In this document: positions 57,390 through 64,000 of the stretch, one piece after another
How positions within the stretch are numbered: the first letter of the stretch is position 1
Layout of the letters: each line of letters opens with the position of its first letter
NCBI GenBank assembly: GCA_002269645.1
Contig: NIVC01001763.1
Location: 176,305-240,304, forward strand
Direction: 5' to 3'
DNA from: Macrostomum lignano
Taxonomy: Eukaryota
Length of the DNA: 64,000 nt
Made by a program: the position numbers and the translations under genes
The notes under the pieces: generated by a model
What the model was told of the DNA's origin: nothing
Database searches by the model: none
Seen by the model: the letters and a program-made list of their open reading frames with translations, nothing else

Positions 57390-60300
57390 TCAACCGTCCG
57401 AGAGCCGCTCCATCCAGTTGGGTGACTTGAAGAACTCCGGCACCTGTTGGTCCATTCGAGCAATCACCTTGTAGATTGGCTTCTTCCACGACTGCTCCTG
57501 GTCTTTGCTGGCTGACAGGGCCTTGAAGAACTCACGCAGGGTTGCCTCGATCACATTGCGAAAATGGCTGGGGACCTGCGGGTTGGGGGGAGCGGATGGG
57601 ATGAACTGGGATTCTGGGGATTTAAATTTGTCTTCTATGGTTGTCGAAAGGGTGCGGGATGGCAAGTAACCAAACTCTTAAGTATGGGACTGGGAGTGTG
57701 GGGTGGCAGGTAACCAAGCTCTAAAGTGTGGGGAATGGCAGTGTGGGGTGGCAGGTAACCAAGCTCTAAAGTGTGGGGAATGGGAGTGTGGTGTGGCAGG
57801 TAACCAAAGTCATAAGCCTTATAGTGTTGGATGGTAAGGAGCCACAAAGCACCGGAGGCACCTGGCAGCGCCATTTACCTCAATCTGGTTGTTCCTGTTG
57901 TAGTGCAGGTTGAGCACCCTGTAGATCTCCGAGTCAGAGTTAATCACGATGTCCTCAGCCGAGGGCACGCCCTCAACGATGGCCTGTCGGGCGTACTTCT
58001 CCATCTGGATGTAGAAGAACTCGCTGCAAGGAGACGGGGAGAGAGGCTTGGAATTTTAGTCGCTGATTATCTTACTTATAGTAAGTAGTAGTGTAAATTT
58101 CAGTCACCGCAGAACTAGCATCTGCGAACTCCCATTGATTCATTGATTCAAACATGTACGCTCTTGGAAAATCTGCTGGGAACCAATCTGGGACAGTACT
58201 GCATGACTTTATCTCGAAGACACAATTCAAAGCTTTGTTCAACAAAGCCATTCGGATCGGAATTTAATACGAGACAAAAACCTCCATTATTGGCAGCAAA
58301 TATATTGAGCAAGGAAGGAAGACAATGCTGAATTGAGCACAGTAAACTCGCAGCTTTGAGCAAAGCAGTGAGTGACAGTGAGCAGTATTTTAGAGGATTA
58401 TTAGGTGTCCAAGTGTCAACTGATGGTGGCGATAATGGCCCACTGAGGGACATTAAATGGACAATGTGCAGTGGGGCGGGGCAGTGTGGACCCGGCCTCC
58501 AGTTAGTTCCCCGTGTGGCGTGGTTTGAGCTGAACAAACAAGCAAAGCTGCAACATTCGCTGGCTCGGGATGGGCAGCGGGATCTGATGAGTGTTTAGTG
58601 CGATGATGAGATGAAGGAAATAGAAGTTTGAGAGTGCCAGAGACAGTGGAGTCCCGGGCTGACGGTCTTATTTGAGCGGCCAAACCCTGAGCACGCGGCC
58701 CCGCCAGCTTCACCCTCTTGAGTCCCTCACGGCCGGCCTTGAGTCTCTGCTTCTCCTAGGCCGGGGAGGGGGGCGATGTTTGACCAAGACCCCAGGCGCC
58801 CGAAGGTGCGCTGATAGTTAATTATTTTGATGACCCAGCCGAGGCCCAGAAATCTACACTTTGCCTTCATTCCGGGCCCACCCTCATCCACTTGGTTGCA
58901 TTCTCACCTCCCCCCCCCTAACGCGTATGGGGGAAGAGCTCCCCTGAGATCACTTCTCAATATCCGCGATTCCCTCGGCAAGCAGAAATTTGGGAATAAT
59001 GAAGAGAGGTGGTGCAGAGGCGAAGAACCAAAGCGAGTAAGTCAAATAAGCATTTTGGGTTGCCGCTGTTAGTCAGATTTAGTGAGCCTCGGCTTCTCCC
59101 TGTAACCTTCTCCTGCAGTGTTGACTCTGCCTCGGGTCCGAAGCGCCACCAAATCACCCCCCCCGCGGTGAGTCGGCCAAGTTGCCTAATCTGGGAAACC
59201 CACCATGGAATTGGGAAAACTATTTTTCCAGTTTAAATCATTGGGCAAAAGTTATAAAACATCTCTGAGAATGGCGCCAAGTAAGATGCGGAGCTGTTTC
59301 AAGTCAGCAGAGTCGCCAAGTTGTAGTCGGGCCGCTTCCTAACTCAATTTGGCAACCCGCGAGCTTTTCACAAAATACGGAATCCCCCTAGAAACTGTCT
59401 TCCCCGATCCCACAGCGAATTCCCACCAGGGGTTTGAGGCCGGGGTCGCCACTTAAGACCCGGGGAAGAACCGGTGGTGCCGACGCTTCAAAAGTGGCTA
59501 AAGCAATTTTCTCCGGAAAAAATACGCCGCGCAGATGCCAAGAATGACTCGACAAAAAGAGGCCTGTCCGGAACATCTGCATAAATTTCTTTGCTGCGAC
59601 TCGACTCGCAACTTTCCCTTCTGTGCCACCTCTCTCTCTGCCTCTCGCCTCCACGGCCTCATAAACTGATTATTTGGCTTCTGAACTGAGGACTCCGAAA
59701 CATCTCTGCTTTCAGCTTCAAGGGACTGGCAGCAGCCCTGCCTGTCTCTACGTTCTGACTTTCAGTTTGCCCTTGTATCTTGCTCACTGTCTCTCCCCCT
59801 GTCTCTCTCCCTGTCTCGCTCCCCGTCTCTCCCCCTGTCTCTCTCCCTGTCTCGCTCCCCGTCTCTCCCCCTGTCTCTCTCCCTGTCTCTCCCCCTGTCT
59901 CTCTCCCTGTCTCTCCCCTGTCTCTCCCCTGTCTCTCTTCCTGTCTCTCCCCCTGTCTCTCTCCCTGTCTCTCTACCTGTCTCTCCCCCCGTCTCTCTCC
60001 CTGTCTCACTCCCTGTCTCTCTACCTGTCTCTCCCCTGTCTCTCTCCCTGTTTCTCTACCTGTCTCTCTCCCAGTCTCTCCCCCGTCTCTCCCCCGTCTC
60101 TCTCCCTGTCTCTCCCCTGTCTCTCTCCCTGTCTCTCTACCTGTCTCTCTCCCAGTCTCTCCCCCGTCTCTCCCCCGTCTCTCTCCCTGTCTCTCCCCCG
60201 TCTCTCCCCCCGTTTCTCTCCCTGTCTCTCCCCCTGTCTCTCTCCCTGTTTCTCTACCTGTCTCTCTCCCAGTCTCTCCCCCCGTCTCTCCCCCCGTCTC

Positions 60301-60745
60301 TCTCCCTGTCTCTCTCCCTGTCTCTCTCCCTGTCTCTCTACCTGTCTCTCCCCCTGTCTCTCTCCCTGTCTCTCTACCTGTCTCTCTCCCAGTCTCTCCC
60401 CCGTCTCTCTCCCTGTCTCACTCCCTGTCTCTCTACCTGTCTCTCCCCCTGTCTCTCTCCCTGTTTCTCTACCTGTCTCTCTCCCAGTCTCTCCCCCCGT
60501 CTCTCCCCCCGTCTCTCTCCCTGTCTCTCCCCCTGTCTCTCTCCCTGTCTCTCTACCTGTCTCTCTCCCAGTCTCTCCCCCCGTCTCTCCCCCCGTCTCT
60601 CTCCCTGTCTCTCTACCTGTCTCTCTCCCTGTCTCTCTCCCTGTCTCTCTACCTGTCTCTCCCCCCGTCTCTCTCCCTGTCTCACTCCGTCTCTGTCCAT
60701 GCCACAACCCCTGCCAGTCTTTCTTCGCATCCGTCTCTCTCTCAG

Positions 60746-60831
<86 letters not shown>

Positions 60832-61738
60832 CTATTGAATCTTAATAATTCCAGCCATGCAAGACAAGTCTGGATAGATGCGCAACAGACCAGAGAGGTG
60901 GCAAGGATTACATAGATCTCAGATCCCGCCTCGGAGTGCCAGCCGTCACAATGGGATTGCAGAGGCGGAACGCACACACAGGCTTAAGCAGCCTATCCGA
61001 GGTGAGTGGAGCAAACAAGGCTATCGCAGAACAGGAGAAACAGAAAGAGATTTTAGAGAGATTGGTGAATAAGTGAATAACGGAGCAAATGCAGCCGGCA
61101 GTTATCTCTGATTTTAGACGCTGAGTCTCTGCGCGCGCCCGCTCCTTTTCCCACCCAGCCTCTCCAGCGCAGTCTTGCCATCTTTTGCTAGCAGAGCAGT
61201 CACGGAACAATAATATTAAAAAGCTCAGCGGAGCAGCGCACTGAGAATCGCAATTCACTCAGGCTTCGCTCGCTCACTTACTCAGAAACCTCTTTGCCAG
61301 ACAATGGGGAGACGGAGCAGGCAGATGCTCTCTGCTGGGATTTGTCTTCTCAGCGCCCGGTTGCAGAAATGCGAAAGACAAAGATGAGAGAGAGAGAGAG
61401 AGAGAGAAAGAGATTCAATCAGCGCTTTCCAATTGAGACGTGCGGAGAAGAGCCAAGCTGAGCACTGCTGAAAGAGGCTTTCTGATGCGATTGAGATGAA
61501 GACTCAGTCTGAGCGCTTTAGATTGATTCGATATCGAAGAACACTGAAAGAAACTGAATTTTTAATAAATGAGATTTAAAAGCTCACCGAAAATTGAGAA
61601 CCACTTCACCAGTTGTGCCGTGTTGTTCTTGTTGAACTTCACGTCGGAAGTAGGCCTTGAGCACCGCGGAGCTGGGTAGCGGTTGTAGAAGAACAGCAGC
61701 TTGGCCTTGCGCAGGTGGATTGGCGTCAGCGTCGTGGT
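57390..61738 (-). CDS. pros/Prox: Prospero/Prox homeo-Prospero domain transcription factor, 3' exons 61738-61588 (three apparent indels), 58023-57879, 57575-57390; candidate upstream exon 62166-62019; rest of gene unresolved or beyond window
   Basis: [66 protein letters not shown]...[13 protein letters not shown] and [17 protein letters not shown]...[25 protein letters not shown] match the Prospero homeo-Prospero domain almost residue for residue. Confidence 0.92.
57655..57812. repeat. About 46-bp unit, three copies, in the last Prospero intron
   Basis: The motif GTGGGGTGGCAGGTAACCAAGCTCTAAAGT recurs. Confidence 0.8.
59785..60822. repeat. CT-rich 10-12-bp array (CCCTGTCTCTCT) plus (CT)n
   Basis: Visible. 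Confidence 0.92.
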
Positions 61739-62291
61739 CTGCGCGCATATTCGATTGAGAATTGGTTAAGGAATCATTTCGAATACGGGTTCCGCTTTGC
61801 TCGGAACCTGCGACTCCACAGGTGTTTCGTTGCCCGCCCGGCCCAACTCCCCCATCGAGACAAAGCCGCAATTAGCTGCTAATACGGTAATAGGAGACAC
61901 AGAGATGCCCAGGTAAACAAAACTATATTAGCCAGTGGAAACTAGCTAAGAGGGTAGTGCATTTTGTGTTGCTTATAGTAGAGAAGTTGGTTACAGACCC
62001 GTTGATGCCTCTGTTTACATCCGCGCCTGGCGGAGTTGCGGGAGGAAGAAAAGGAATTTTCGGAGGAAGCTGAATCTGGGAGAAGTGACTTGGGGCACCC
62101 GAAGCTGGGCCCAGCTGGTGGGGGACTCCGGTGGCCCATGCAGTGTAAACAGTGATGTCAGGCCGACTGGAACAAGGATTGGAATGTCAGAGATTAACAA
62201 CCAGAAGCTGGCGGGTTGAACGGCTGGGCTGGAGGTGCCCTGGAGACCCAAGACTCTGTGACCCGGGACTTGGCCGCCTGTTGTACTGTCG

Positions 62292-62825
<534 letters not shown>

Positions 62826-63844
62826 GGTTGGTTGGTAGAGTACATGTAGATCGGTAGGTAAATAAGCAGACAGTGTGAGATTGACACAAAAGAACTCAGG
62901 CAGACAAGAAGCAGAAAGCGGGTGCTCTCGACTTTTTCCTGCCGCGCCTCTTCTTTTCTGCCCCGTCACGAACCCAAAAACGCATTTTCTGGCCTTCAGT
63001 CAGCTTTCTTCATTGTTCCCCCCAGTTTCCTTCTGTTTCCTTCTTCCGGGCAAAGGCTAAAGAAACACAAATTATGGAGCAGCTTTTTGAAAGCAAAATG
63101 AGGGCCCCGGTTTTTCTTTGCCCGACCGCCGTTCCCGCACCCTCTGACGAGCAGGCAGCCTGCAGCAGCCGCCGACTTCCGCTAGAACTGAAGTGCCAGT
63201 TCTGTCATTTTCTTTGTCTTTCGCTGTCCCACTTGGAGCGCGGGCCATTGACTTTGAACTGTACAGCTGGGCATTTCCAGCCCTTCTAAAACTCCTATGG
63301 CCTCCCATACATAGAGACGGGCCTCGCGATAGCAAAGTGAACAGCATTTCGGAGCTGTCGTAGAATTCTTTATGGGCCTCTCAGGTTTCTCGAAGGAGCA
63401 GCGGGCCACTACTGAGGTGTCGAGTTCGATGACTTGCTGCTCCCCACGCATCCCCAGGGAGCCCGGCGGTCGAGCAGTTTAAAACCAATCCAAGCAATTT
63501 CTTCGAAGAATTCTGGCACAGGATTCCTGGAGACCAGCCGCTGGAATCAGATATTCATGGGGCGGGTGGGGGGGGAGAAGACTCGAGCTGTTCGATGCCC
63601 CATCAATTTTAGATTCAGGAGAGTCTCGAAGTGGGAATTCCTGCGGCCTGCGCGTAAGAGATGGGCAGAGCCGAGAAATGTCATCAAGGAGTGCGCGGCT
63701 AATTTTCTTGCTTGGGTTGCTGGGTTGGATTGCCTGTGTCTCCTAGGAGAAGGGGGCACAGATGGAAGCGAATGGGGCTGATGCATCTTCCAGTCTTGAA
63801 GGAATTTGTTTAGAAAAGAAACAAAAATAGCGCATGCCAAATTC

Positions 63845-64000
63845 GAAACGGCGCATCTCATTCTTGAAACGGCGCATCTCATTCTTGAAACAGCGCATCT
63901 CATTCTTGAAACAGCGCATCTCATTCTTGAAACAGCGCATCTCATTCTTGAAACGGCGCATCTCATTCTTGAAACAGCGCATCTCATTCTTGAAACGGCG
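63845..64000. repeat. 21-bp minisatellite (CAGCGCATCTCATTCTTGAAA), runs off the window
   Basis: Visible tandem array. Confidence 0.92.

Overview
Eukaryotic (metazoan) genomic DNA with spliced genes. The GC-rich exons, Ala/Pro tracts and introns packed with tandem arrays suggest a flatworm such as Macrostomum, but this is inference only. I reconstructed four intron-containing genes by hand with phase-consistent splice junctions. (1) A LIM-homeobox gene of the Lhx3/4 class (+, 18853-28738). (2) An ADAM17/TACE-like metalloprotease (-, 31384 to at least 41710; signal-peptide exon not securely found). (3) A FERM+RING E3 ligase of the MYLIP/IDOL/dnr1 class (-, 46643-55291). (4) The 3' part of a Prospero/Prox gene (-, 57390 to at least 61738). 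About 35 micro/minisatellite arrays make up a large share of the window and explain nearly all long ORFs in the track. I see no clearly new multi-gene system. The best leads are a U12-type branch-point signature at the conserved Prospero intron, homopolymer frameshifts in Prospero and ADAM17 (assembly error or pseudogenisation), nine different arrays sharing a 21-bp unit, arrays carrying repeated splice-donor motifs, an interstitial telomeric tract, and a cluster of small mobile or structured elements at 42-45 kb (hAT MITE with TSD, long palindrome, decayed hammerhead-like motif).
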